Origin: Podarcis pityusensis
Lineage: Eukaryota
Reading direction: 5' to 3' (one strand)
Length of the DNA stretch: 64,000 nt
Assembly (NCBI GenBank): GCA_964106645.2
Contig: OZ067046.1
Position 1 is the stretch's first letter, and the number at the start of each line of letters is the position of its first letter. Shown one piece after another: positions 38,780 through 50,068 of this stretch. The notes below the pieces were generated by a model, which did no database searches, was not told the DNA's origin, and saw only the letters and a list, made by a program, of their open reading frames with translations. A program made the position numbers and the translations under genes.

Positions 38780-39389
38780 ACAAAGTGAATTTACTCTATA
38801 TGGGGCTGCCATTGAAGAAGATCTGGAGATTACAGGTTATGAGTAGTTGCAACAGTCAAAGTATGAATGGACATGTGTGTGGCACTATATAACACCAGTC
38901 CTTAAAAAAAGAGGGGGGAGATCTCTGTTAGCTGTCTATTTGTCACCAGCCACAATTGAAGGTGTTAGTTCTGATATATAAAACCCTAAACCCAGTACTC
39001 ACTTCTCTGCATATCATTCTGCCCAGGCTTGAGGTCTGCTTGTGCTTTGAGTCCCTTCTCAAAGTGCCAGCATTAACCAAGGGAAGAAGATTTATCACCC
39101 ACCAGAGGGCCATCACAGCAATTTCACCTCAGGTGTGGATTACTGTTCTCCCAGAGGTCCGGGTCATGCTTCCTCTGACCATCTTTCAGTGCCAACTGAA
39201 GACATTTCCCTTCCACAAGTCCATTGGATGAACTTTTAAAAATTAATATTTGGAAGAGATAGGACCTATAGATGTGTTAATGTTATACTTTAACAGCATC
39301 AATTGCAATATTGTTATTTGCATTGTTGTGATCTACTCTAGGATATCCTCGGATGGAGGGTGGAACAGAAATTAAATGAATGAATGAAT
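38780..39389 (+). mobile_element. L2 LINE 3' portion
   Basis: LLYMGLPLKKIWRLQ..., KVLVLIYKTLN, RAITAISPQVW..LPEVR..PLTIFQCQLKTFPF resemble the L2 ORF2 C-terminus. The tail is AAATGAATGAATGAAT. Confidence 0.8.
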
Positions 39390-39896
39390 CTGTAATTTGC
39401 CTTGCGTCAAAAAAAAGGCAGCTATATGAACCAGCCCTTCAAGGTATATTAAGAAGACACAACAGGACTGCTGTATCTACATATCATTCTTTGGAATGAA
39501 CTCGTTCAACTACAGAGGAACAATAGATAAGCATTGCCATGTTTACTAAAGAAACATGAAATGTTGCCAACAGGAAACTACCTTTACATAAATACCTGCA
39601 CTATTCACATAAAAAGACTGATGGAAAAGATTTTTGGCCAAGTTTTGTTTACATACATCTCTTTTAAAGCAGCAAGAGGCATATCAGCTGTAAATCATTT
39701 ATTGCACCATTGTATGGATTATGGATAGGGTTTGGTAATAGGTTCTGCATTGTCACGCTATCTGCAATATCTTTCATCTCCTAATTTTGGTGGTTCACCT
39801 CAGTTTTGCATCTGTAAAATTGTACTGTGCATCACTGACTAACCAATGCTGCTATGTGGTAGGTCACATTATTCCACAGTGTACTTGGAACAATCA

Positions 39897-39928
<32 letters not shown>
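39897..39928. repeat. (GAT)n microsatellite
   Basis: Direct reading. Confidence 0.95.
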
Positions 39929-40044
39929 ATAATATTTCATGTTTCAGTCTATGCATCTTTATGATTGTGGTTTGTGAATGATGGATTCACATTTTGTCAT
40001 GATTGGAATACATAACCCGTCCCAGGGAGTGTGCCTTCTACTGT

Positions 40045-40925
40045 TGAGATTGATTGATTGATTTTAACATTGCATGCTGCCTTTCCAACAAAAAGAGCAA
40101 CCAAGCTAGCTTAACAACAACATATAGAAATATCAGAAACATTTTTAAAATAAATAAAAGCAGATGATATGTATAAAAAATGCTGTTTCACAGAAAATGA
40201 AATAATGAAAATAAAAGCAGCCACTGCATGATTCCAGAAGTCAAGGACTTTGCCTAGCACCTAAAATGTAGTCAAGAAAATGCCAGGCAGATTTATTTAT
40301 CTATTTAACCAAAAATTATATGTCATTTGATTATAATAAACAAAAAACAATTCTAAGCTTTTTTTTTTAAAAAAAAGATCTCTCTTCATATGGTGTTACA
40401 TGGGGGGCACATTTTATTTTATTTTTATTTTACTTACTACATTTAAATCCCACTTTCTTCCATCATGGAATCAAAGGTGGGATATATTTGGTTCCCAGGT
40501 GGTCTCCCATCCAGACACCAGATCTGCTTAGCTTCATCAAGCTGGCGGCCTCCTGTGCTTTCAGACATTACCCAGGACAACTACAGAGAAGGTCCTTTCA
40601 CCAGTAGCCACCTACCTGTCCTCTGCAGGTGAGGGCATCCAAAGTAGGGCCTCCAGTGGTGTTCTCAGGTGCCAGGCAGGTTCACCTGGAAGCACCAGGT
40701 CCTTTGGGTACCTAGGACTAAGGCTATTTAGTATTTTCGAAGTCAAGCCAAATTTGTAAGTATTCATGTAATATGCCCATACCACTGAGCCTCAGACAAC
40801 AGTTTGTTCTGTTCCAGCTTGAGTTCCTCAAGACTTCAAAAACAGCCACACACTTAATGCACTTTAATAATCAAGCCTGGGTTTTACTGCAAAGTTCACA
40901 CATCTCCAGGCTACTTCCAATGTGA
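40045..40925 (-). mobile_element. Degenerate L2 3' region, interrupted by the 5S-derived SINE
   Basis: It has an (ATTG)n tail and TGCTGCCTTTCC near 40050-40085, and an L2 antisense body (ACTACAGAGAAGGTCC, GGGTACCTAGGACTAAGGCTATTTAG, AATAATCAAGCCTGG). Confidence 0.6.
40411..40578 (-). mobile_element. 5S-derived SINE (SINE3-type) with L2/MIR-like tail, inserted in an L2
   Basis: The minus strand reads GAAGCTAAGCAG...TGGATGGGAGACCACCTGGGAA (5S internal control region, boxes A and C), then TTCCATGATGGAAGAAAGTGGGATTTAAATGT and an (AAAAT)n tail. Confidence 0.75.
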
Positions 40926-41293
40926 GAAAAATCCACCACAAAAGGAAAGGAGAGAGGCGCCAAAAGGATGCAAACTAATATTTATTGGGAGATCTTGAAA
41001 TTTTTGACATACTGCATGCTCAAGGCTCTTTGACAGGTGAGATTTTGCCTTGAAATTTTCAATAGAGATTGAAGCTGCTTGTGTTGACAAATACTTCTAT
41101 GCTTAATAAAAGCCATTAAAATTCACCTCCTATTCTAAGACTGTAGAGATGGAACTCATTTATCAATTGTTGCCAAGGCTGTGAGGATAGGTGTCAATGA
41201 TAGTGTTCAGACCAATTCGAACATTACAACTGATACATGAAGGCTGCCCTCCCAGAACCACTTCTGACTGGTTGTGTTCTAGGTAGTGGATTA

Positions 41294-41686
41294 CCGTATT
41301 TTTTGCCCTATAGGACGCACTTTTCCCCCTCCAAAAATGAAGGGGAAATGTGTGTGCATCTTATGGGGCGAATGCAGGCTTTCGCTGAAGCCTGGAGAGC
41401 GAGAGGGGTCGGTGCGGAGAGTTGCCTGCATGCTGAAGCCTGGGCGCGCTGAGCTCAGCGCGCCCAGGCTTCACGCAACTCTCTGCAAAGCACGGGAGCC
41501 CGGTGCTGGGCTGCCGCGGCTTGCAGAGAGTTGCCTGTTCTGGGGGCTGGGGTCGGGGGAAGCTCGGGCTTCCCCCACCCCAGCCCCGTGCCTGGGGGGG
41601 AGAATAATATTTTTTCCCTTTATTTCCACCCCAAAAAACTAGGTGCGCCTTATGTGACGGTGCGTCCTATAGGGCGAAAAATACAG
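41294..41686. mobile_element. Tc1/mariner-superfamily (pogo/Tc2-like) MITE, GC-rich and young
   Basis: TIRs CCGTATTTTTTGCCCTATAGGACGCAC / GTGCGTCCTATAGGGCGAAAAATACAG, TA TSD, and many intact CpGs. Confidence 0.9.
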
Positions 41687-41690
41687 TATA

Positions 41691-42300
41691 TGCTAGTGGC
41701 AGGGCCGGATTTAGGTTTGATGAGGCCCTAAGCTACTGAAGGTAATGCGGCCCTATATATGTCCAGCTGTCCTTTGTCAACAACAAATCGTTGCTGTTTT
41801 TTGTGTTGAATATATGCTATATGGTAATTTATGGACCTAATAGGTATCTAAAGCCATTTGCACATAACAAAATATGTATTTTATCAAAGTACATCCAGAG
41901 AGTAGGGTCCTTAGCTATAGCTTGTTTAGCTTATATGTAAATCCAGCACTGGGTAGTGGCCAAAATTGTGGGAACCTTTTGGAAAAAGTGTATTTCCAAG
42001 GTTTGATGGCTCATAACACCTGATTGGCTCTCTAAACACTCATGTTCATTGGCTACATACAAGTGAAGGAAAACAACTGCATATCTACCTAAGCAAGTTG
42101 TCCTTCCTTTTTCTGCTTATTTGGCTATAACTTTTGATAGAATACAGGTAACTGAATTTTGTTGCATTACATTCTTCGTTAAATTATCTTTCCATTGATA
42201 TATAATTTTATGGTATTACTCCAAAAAAGTGGTGTTATAAGCCATCAAACCTCAGAAATACACTTTTTCCAAAAGTTTTCCACAATTTTGGCTGCTAGTG
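41691..42300. mobile_element. Tc1-like MITE with ~70-bp TIRs, left TIR interrupted
   Basis: The left TIR (41691-41699 plus 41960-42020) is the inverted complement of 42231-42300. TA flanks both ends. Confidence 0.88.
41700..41951. mobile_element. hAT-type MITE nested in the Tc1-like TIR
   Basis: TIRs CAGGGCCGGATTTA / TAAATCCAGCACTG and an 8-bp TSD GCTAGTGG / GGTAGTGG. Confidence 0.88.
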
Positions 42301-43687
42301 TATATGAAAAATACAAATCACGATGATGCCCCGGATCATGTAGAGAGTCTGTAGACCACAGTGGTTTAGAGTCTGCATATGATCAGGACCTTCCACATGG
42401 TAAACAGCTTTCCAGCATTATGGCTAGCACATGAAGCTACTTTCTGGCTGTAACATCCAAACCAGCCCATAACATTTTTACAGTAGGAAATAACTGTTCC
42501 TGTCCCTAAGGGTAGGGACAATTGCAAGCTCTGTAAATTATCTGCAGTGAATCATACTGAAGGAATTTCAGCAGAGAGGTGTGGATGGGAAAGAGAAGAC
42601 GAGAATGAGAAATATTTGACATGGTTACTCTACAAGGAGGCCAAGTAATGTTCAACTAACAGTTTCCCATGCTCCCAGGTTGTCTTTCCCTGAGACAACC
42701 TCATCCTTACTACAGGAGACAAATTGTACAGACTTCATGGCGCCTGCTCATCGAGCCCCTATAAGCTGTTTCAGCCTGCAGGGTCCTAGTAGAAATGGAA
42801 GCACATTACATTTCTGGACTGCAACAATCAGAAATGCTGGGCTTGAACATCTGATTGCTGAAATTGGTCCCACCTGGGCATGGCAGAAATTCTAAACTCA
42901 CAAATCCCTGGTGCACATGAAAAGCACAAACAAAATCCTTTGAAAAAGGAATTGCAGGTTTCATCATACAGCATGTCTCATTAAAGAGGGGGAAGCATTT
43001 GATAGGTGATGGGGATTTGAAAGGATTCAAATTTATAAAGATAGGCAATTTAAGGAAATGCTTTAAAAACCCATGAATAATAAAACAATCAACTAGAACA
43101 TCATTGCAAAAAAGCCCATAGCTCAAATTAATTCCCTGTGACAGTCCATATTATGCCAAATCTAGATTTCTGTTTAGACTTAACAGTCCTGATGTTGCTG
43201 CTTTGTTTTTTTCTTTTTTTGCTTTAATCAACAGCAGTAAAATATTTTATATTAACACAGTTCAAAACGTCTGGGGTCTATGTTGGGAGCTGCAAGAGGA
43301 AACATGATGAAAACATCTTCAACTTTCTTATTTTACATTCCTCCCGTTTGAAAGAAGCGTTTCATTCATGTTCAGTTGTTTATGGTTAACGATTTTCATC
43401 TATTCACTTGTGTGTGACCAATTGTTGTACTTACTGTTTTGATATGGTAAGACACTTGGGTCCTCACAATGCTTCTTAGTCCTGCCAGAATGTGCTGGAC
43501 TTAACAGTCTTTTTCAATGATGGATAATCATTTTTCAAAATTCTAACCTATGTTTTCAGCCACCCTTTGCCAAGCTGGTGCCCTCCAGATATTTTAGACT
43601 ACAACTTCCATCAGGAGTTCTAGTCCAAAACATCTGGACGGCGCCATCTTGGCAAAGACTAGTATAAGCTTATGGGCCTTTTCACCT

Positions 43688-43830
43688 TTAGCTCTATGGC
43701 AGGGCTTTGCATGCAGAAGGTTCCACGGTCGATCCCTGGTGTTTCCAGGTAGGAATGGGAATGCCCCCTTTCTGAAGTTCTAGATAGCCACATCCAGCCA
43801 GTGTAGACAATTCTGAGCTAGATGGATGAA
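43688..43830 (+). mobile_element. tRNA(Ala)-derived SINE, degenerate
   Basis: TAGCTC...CTTTGCATGCAGAAGGTTCCACGGTCGATCCCTGG...CAGTGTAGACAATTCTGAGCTAGATGGA; same family as 45786. Confidence 0.75.
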
Positions 43831-44001
43831 TGATGAGAAGAATAACTCAAAATGTATGTTGCTGTGTAGGTTGAAATGACCATTCAGTGGCTAGAGTGCA
43901 TGAAAGTAGCAGAGAAGCAAAGGTAAGTAGCAAGTATATTTATTTTTCTTTTTGATGCACTATGCATATTTTTGCTCATTGGCTTTTACTCACCCCTATT
44001 A

Positions 44002-44113
44002 GCCTGTAGCCATACCATCCTGAATACATCTGATCTCATCTGATCTCAGAAGCTTAGCAGGGTCAGGCCTGCCTAGTACTTGAATGGGAGACCACCTGAC
44101 AATATCAAGTGCT
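44002..44113 (+). pseudogene. 5S rRNA-derived sequence (nt 1-112 of 5S), CpG-decayed
   Basis: It aligns without gaps to vertebrate 5S (GCCTACGGCCATACCACCCTGAAC...GGGAATACCGGGTGCT) at roughly 80% identity by eye. Many of the changes are CpG->TpG/CpA. It lacks the GTAGGCTTT end and the Pol III terminator. Confidence 0.93.
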
Positions 44114-44217
44114 CAGAGGTAGAGCACCTGCTCTGCATGCAGTAAATCCCAGTTTCAATGCTGTGTTAGCTGGATCAGTGGTCTAATTGAGTTTGATGCA
44201 GCTTCCATGCCTCCTAG
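44111..44217 (+). mobile_element. tRNA(Ala)-derived SINE segment fused to the 5S copy
   Basis: GCTCAGAGGTAGAGCACCTGCTCTGCATGCAGTAAATCCCAGTTTCAAT is followed directly by the family tail GGATCAGTGGTCTAATTGAG...GCAGCTTCCATGCCTCCTA. The middle of the SINE body is absent. Confidence 0.75.
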
Positions 44218-44493
44218 ATATGTTGTCCTTTTGCTACTATTGCCACCACAGTTCCTGGGAAATGGGCAATTCAATTCTAGAGAAGATAGCACCCCCAAGC
44301 AGAAGAAATTGAGTTCCATGTTGGAGGAAGAAGTCAGCTGCTTATGACAGTAACTTCTGGTGAGGGAGAAGGCCATTCCCTCCTCCTGCCTTATTCTTAT
44401 ATTTGCAAATTTGCTAAAGCCTTGGCTAGCAAATATTTGGCTAATTGAAGAGAAACACAAAGCTGTCACATCACAAGCAGCAACTTCCTGCAT

Positions 44494-45555
44494 GTTGTTG
44501 TTGTTTAGTCGTTTAGTCGTGTCTGACTTTTCGTGACCCCATGGACCAGAGCACGCCAGGCACTCCTGTCTTCCACTGCCTCCCCGCAGTTTGGTCAAAC
44601 TCATGTTGGTAGCTTCGAGAACACTATCCAAACACCTCGTCCTCTGTCGTCCCCTTCTCCTTGTGCCCTCAATCTTTCCCAGCATCACTGTCTTTTCCAG
44701 GGAGTCTTCTCTTCTCATGAGGTTGCCAAAGTATTGGAGCCTCAGCTTCACGATCTGTCCTTCCAGTGAGCACTCAGGGCTGATTTCCTTCAGAATGGAT
44801 AGGTTTGATCTTCTTGCAGTCCATGGGACTCTCAAGAGTCTCCTCCAGCACCATAATTCAAAAGCATCCATTCTTCAGCGATCAGCCTTCTCTTGGTCCA
44901 GCTCTCACTTCCATACATCACTACTGGGAAAACCATAGCTTTCACTATACGGACCTTTGTCGGCAAGGTGATGTCTCTGCTTTTTAAGATGCTGTCTAGG
45001 TTTGTCATTACGTTTCTCCCAAGAAGCAGGTGTCTTTTAATTTCGTGACTGCTGTCACCATCTGCAGTGATCATGGAACCCAAGAAAGTAAAATCTCTCA
45101 CTGCCTCCATTTCTTCCCCTTCTATTTGCCAGGAAGTGATGGGACCAGTGGCCGTGATCTTAGTTTTTTTGATGTTGAGCTTCAGACCATATTTTGTGCT
45201 CTCCTCTTTCACCCTCATTAAAAGGTTCTTTAATTCCTCCTCACTTTCTGCCAACAAGGTTGTGTCATCTGCATATCTGAGGTTGTTGATATTTCTTCCG
45301 GCAATCTTAATTCTGGCTTGGGATTCATCCAGTCTAGCCTTTCACATGATGAATTCTGCATATCAGTTAAATAAGCAGGGAGACAATATACAGCCTTGCT
45401 GTGCCCCTTTCCCAATTTTGAACCAATCAGTTGTTCCATATCCAGTTCTAACTGTAGCTTCTTGTCCCACATAGAGATTACTCAGGAGACAGATGAGATG
45501 ATCAGGCACTCCCATTTCTTTAAGAACTTGCCATAGTTTGCTGTGGTTGACACAG
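44494..45555 (-). mobile_element. Bov-B (RTE clade) LINE, 5'-truncated copy
   Basis: The minus strand encodes RT/C-terminal motifs NNLRYADDTTL, LKLNIKKTK, FTFLGSMITADGDSSHEIKRHLLLGR, MVFPVVMYGSESWT and DAFELWCWRRLLRVPWTARRSNLSILKEI. It has the Bov-B 3' end GACTAAACGACTAAAC(AAC)n. A 9-bp TSD TTCCTGCAT sits at 44485-44493 and 45556-45564. An in-frame stop (~45364) and a frameshift (~44895) make it non-functional. Confidence 0.97.
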
Positions 45556-45785
45556 TTCCTGCATAGGGCTTCCTAACAGAGGCAAAAGTGTTCTTTATTC
45601 AAAATGACGCTGGGAGGCATTGCCTTCACCCAGCTAAACCGGACTTGCTAGTTAGTGTTGTGGTTGAGAAAAGGCTAAGTGCGTGTTCCTTGAAATGTGG
45701 TTGGGCTCAGTTGTCAGAGTGTGTTGACCAAACAGAGAACAGGATGAAAAGGACACTGAAATAGCTAACAAACAAGAATTCAGTT

Positions 45786-45947
45786 TACCCATTGGTAGAG
45801 CATCTGTCTTGCATGTAGAAGATCCCAGGTTCAATTTCTCCAGGTAGTGCTAGGAATGTACACTGTCTGAAACCATAGAGAGCCATTGCTAGTCAGGGTA
45901 GATGACACTGAGCTGGATGGTTTGACTCAGTGCAAGGCAGCTTCCTG
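45786..45947 (+). mobile_element. tRNA(Ala)-derived SINE (Squam2-like, name tentative)
   Basis: Head TGGTAGAGCATCTGTCTTGCATGTAGAAGATCCCAGGTTCAAT and tail GACTCAGTGCAAGGCAGCTTCCT. Related copies are at 43688-43830, 52217-52412, 10668-10857 (-) and 28762-28958 (-). Confidence 0.8.
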
Positions 45948-47260
45948 GTCTGACACTTTCCTGCCAAAATGTCTGCATGAGATATTTGGTGTGGCCCTAT
46001 AACTACCAGTTTGGATACATGTAGTTCTCAGGCTACACTGCACAATCAACTTGCAGCATGCTTGTCCAACAGAAATATACACTAGCTTAATTGCCATTCT
46101 GTAATTGAAACTGCACCATTAGGCAGGCAGTGAAATGAGCCTTTAAACTGAAAACAGCCATCTTCAATGTTACATTCTGTAACAATTTTAGCAATATTTT
46201 TATTGCAAATAAATATTGCAAAAAAGGGTTTGCAAGCAGCTCTTTATGGGACTTAAAATACAAATGGATATTTGCAAAGAAATGTTGCAATAGTTTTCCA
46301 GCTTTGTAATTAGATCCTTTTGGGGCACATGGATGCAGAAACACAAGGTGCCTTCTTCCAGGTAAATTGCTGTCTCCTGCTTTGTCAACAAATTGGCACC
46401 CCTGAGCCAACTCCTACCTGTCCTTGGAAAGTTGTAAGACGGGCTCAACTGCATAAATATCACTGGTAGTGGATAGGGTGACAGGCAGACTGCTTCTCAT
46501 TCCTATTCTAATCTCTACCAACAATGTCAGTCAATGACCTCTATTACTGACATACTACAACCCCCTGAAGAATTGTCCTGACTATATAGGAAATATATCT
46601 CTGATGACAAAAATGAAGTACAGAGATGTTAAATGTGCTCAAGAATCTGCAGCTCCCTAATTGGTCGTGAGACTGTTGGGCTGCCTGTCATAAGCAATGT
46701 ATTTTATTGGCTTCAAGTCATAGCTGAATGCATTTGTGGTTACTATTCTGGTACCTTAGTTGTGGCCCATAGTGTCATAAAACTCATTTTCCATACCATC
46801 TAGGGAGTTTACTCCATCCTCAGGTACAACATGGACTGCCACATCTAAAGTCCAGATGGTAAGTTCACCTCTTTCTCACAAACTCTGTCTTCTTTGGAAG
46901 ATGCAGCAATCCCCCATTACAGAAATGGATGACAGTTAAAATTACTGTGGTGTGTTATTGGCTCATCATAATGCTGCTATAACATGTGTAAGGTGATGAC
47001 AACATAGATTGGTCAAAGTTGTGGGATAGTTCCATGCCAGCAATATTGGTCCTAGAAAGTTGCAGTGCTGATACAGACACATTCCATGGAAAAGTGTCTG
47101 TTCACATGGTAAGCCCCATTTATATGATACACCAGCCACGCAGAACCCATTTCTGGTGAAACAGAGGCCATGGGTGGTGGTGGTTAAACCTTCTGCCCGA
47201 GCATGGAGCTTGCTGGTTGATGCATACGATAACATAGGCTCTGCAGGCTCTTCTTTCTTC

Positions 47261-47480
47261 AGAGCCCGTGTGGTGTAGTGGTTAGTATGTTGGACTAGGA
47301 TCTGGGAGGCCAGGGTTCTAATCCCCCCTCAGCCATAAAGCTCACTAGTTAACCATGGGCCAATTACTGCATCTCAGTCTAGCCTACTTCACAGGGTTTT
47401 TGTGGTGATTAAATGAGGAAGGGTTCAGGTATGCCTCCTTGAACAAGAAGGTGGAATATGACTGCAATAAATGAATAAAT
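47261..47480 (+). mobile_element. MIR/Ther1-derived CORE SINE (Squam3-like)
   Basis: The head AGAGCCCGTGTGGTGTAGTGGTTAG...GGGTTCTAATCCCC is followed by a CORE-like segment (GGGCCAATTACTGCATCTCAGTCT, CTTCACAGGGTTTTTGTG) and an AATAAATGAATAAAT tail. Confidence 0.8.
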
Positions 47481-49744
47481 CTCTGGCTGTGAGTGTGATA
47501 CAGTGCACCATTGTCTGGATTCTATAGGCTGCCTCTGCCTCATAATATGTTTTATTTATTACATGTATATCCTTCCCTTCCTTCCAAATGAGCTCAGGGT
47601 GGCAAACAAGTGAAAAAACATCTGAAAAAAACAATTCCATTCCAGATGCAGACTAGGAAAGATCTTCTTGGAAGAGGAGGTTCTTTAGTAGGCCCCAAAA
47701 GGACATCTGAGACAGCTGTTACTATTGTTTAAATAATTGGGAGTCAAAAACCTACTCATAATCACACAGAGATCTACCAGTAGTTGCTGCTATGCTTTCT
47801 GTCTACCCTTCAATGTACTGCGTTTTTGCATGCCTCTCTGAGAGCCTTCTTAGCTAAAGGGTGGAGTTTGCTTGCCATTAAACAACAACAACCCATCATT
47901 CTGTTCTCACAGTGCACAGCCAGATGTCTGTGGGAAGCCCACAAGCAGCACATAAGCACAACAGCACACTCCCCACTTGTGCCCCTCTGCAACTGGTAAA
48001 AAGAGGAAGGCTGCTTCAACGGCTGGAGGTAGCAGTAGAAACTATGTCAACTATCCAATGCAGAGCATCCTTAGAGTCAGAAGAATCATGAAATAATGTT
48101 ATTGTTGGTACAATGCACTGTTACAATTAGTATGATACAACATAAAGGACAACTAGGGACAGGAAGAAAAGTCATAATGTGAAAATATCAGTTGAGCGGC
48201 CTAGCTGAGTTCAAATTGAAAACTAAAAAAATATTTAAAAATTACTGTCGGGAAGAATCTATTGTTCCATTGGATTGGGCTCAACAATGTTCTTTGACTT
48301 TGCTCATCTGCTGTATTAATCCTCTTTATCAAATTGCTGATGACCTTTTGAACTTCTTTGTAATTCCAAAATTTTCTTCCTCAAATCCACGTGTCCACTT
48401 GTCGTCTCCATCAGCTCCCTGCTACAGCTGATAGTGCAGCTAATTACCTTGATAAAGATCAAGTTAAGACTTTGTGAGGCAAGATGGGGCAACCCTTGAC
48501 CTCTACATGTTTCAACACAAGCAAACATTGCCTAATGGCCAAAGTTCTGGAGTAAATACCTTCACCACCCATAGCGGTATAAGTGTTGTGTGCATATGTA
48601 CATATGTGTGTATTTATATATGTGAATTGAAGTGGACTGCATTTGTTTTTATGAACCTTTTCCAAACCTCATGTAATGTACACAGGTTTTTACCAAACTA
48701 GTTTTGGCTGGGATTCAGGATAATTTTATCTGTCTCATAAAAAATGCCAACAGTATTTTTAAAACCAACCCTTTTAAATTTTCCAACAGTTAATAATTGC
48801 AGCTTTGTCAACAAAGATTGTTCTAAGACAAACATACTCATCTTTACAATGTCTATAATGAAACAATTTCCCCAGGAACAGTTATTAACCCTGTGCCCCC
48901 ACCCCTGGAAAAGGCAAGAAATTAAACTTATGACCTAGTCCCACCTCACTTTCATTTTGTCATGATTGCTGTAGATTAAATTGCCTATTTAAAATACTGA
49001 AGATGCATTATGAGATCTCTCTAGCTTAATAATATTCTCAGAGAAATATAAGAATGTGGCTCTGAGCAAAAGGAATCTAGAGCTTTGCTTTTTGCCTGAT
49101 GAACCTCATGTTAAGAATGGTAAACCACTGAGATTCCGCTGAATGAGAATAAAGTACTCTGAAGATCTCTCTGTAGCTTCTGTCTAATATAGTCAATTCA
49201 CTGATCGACCTCTTAGACGATACAGGAAGAAAAAGTGAGATCTCGTACGAGCAAAAGTGAAATATCATTAGGGCAGTTCTATAAATCAATTACCAGAGCA
49301 GCTTTGGGGCAAGATTTGGGAGCTAGATGCAGGCATATGGTTTTAAGGTGATTCCACACAATCATGAGGACCTGATCACACAAGTACCATACTTGTTGAA
49401 ATCAAGAGATAACTGTTTCTCACTGGAGGTATTGTGACAGTTCAATCCATGATAACTACCAGGCCTCAAATTCTTGGAGAAATCTGACAATAATGTTTGC
49501 TTCCTTCTGCTACTACCCATGTAGTGCCAATAGAAAATTCTGGCCTGGGCTGAACCCAGAAGTATTGACCTGAAAGTTCTGTGTAATGCCAACTTTCAGT
49601 GGGTATTGGTGCAAAAGGTGACCCAAAAATGAAAAATAATTTGATGAAGCAGAAAAGTTTTCTAAATTTGCATCAAAAAATGTTTATCATTTGTGGTGGC
49701 AGTTCCTATGACCTTGCATTCCCCCCTTTTGTTGTTGTTTGTTT

Positions 49745-50068
49745 GTTGTTATTGTTGTTGTTATATTTTATTAAGCTTGAAAAATTCCACATATACACTA
49801 CAAAACATAATACATTTTTCTTTGATTTTTTTTTTACTTCCCCTCCTGTTTTAGAAGATATTTTTAATTTCTCCCCCTTACTGCACTTTATAGTCTCTGT
49901 CTTATATCCTAATCACCATACAATGATCTCTAATTTCTTCTGTTGCTCATGGTTCAAATCCTGATTGCAAATTCATCATATTATAATATTTCTTTAAATA
50001 TATTGAAAGAAAGACTTTCATTTTTCCACAAAACAATCCTCATTTGGTTCTTGTTTAATTGTTCTTAC
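49745..50068 (-). mobile_element. L1-type LINE 3' end
   Basis: The minus strand reads RTIKQEPNEDCFVEK*KSFFQYI, similar to the squamate L1 ORF2 C-terminal F..EW..F..YL motif. It is followed by an A-rich 3' UTR, AATAAA and an (AAC)-rich tail. Confidence 0.55.

Noticed and set aside
41237-41731. Overlapping GC-rich ORFs / CpG-island promoter
   Set aside because: They are essentially confined to a TIR-bounded MITE with a TA TSD.
44002-44113. Functional 5S rRNA gene
   Set aside because: About 20% diverged with CpG loss, 3' end and terminator missing, and not in a tandem array.
44155-44871. 238-aa ORF as a host gene
   Set aside because: The N-terminal part is the Bov-B ORF C-terminus. The rest is frameshifted read-through across the (AAC)n tail into flanking DNA.
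49362-49592. Minus-strand ORF with splice-like ends
   Set aside because: The donor is weak (AA|GTATGG), the polypyrimidine tract is short and the peptide is unrecognised.
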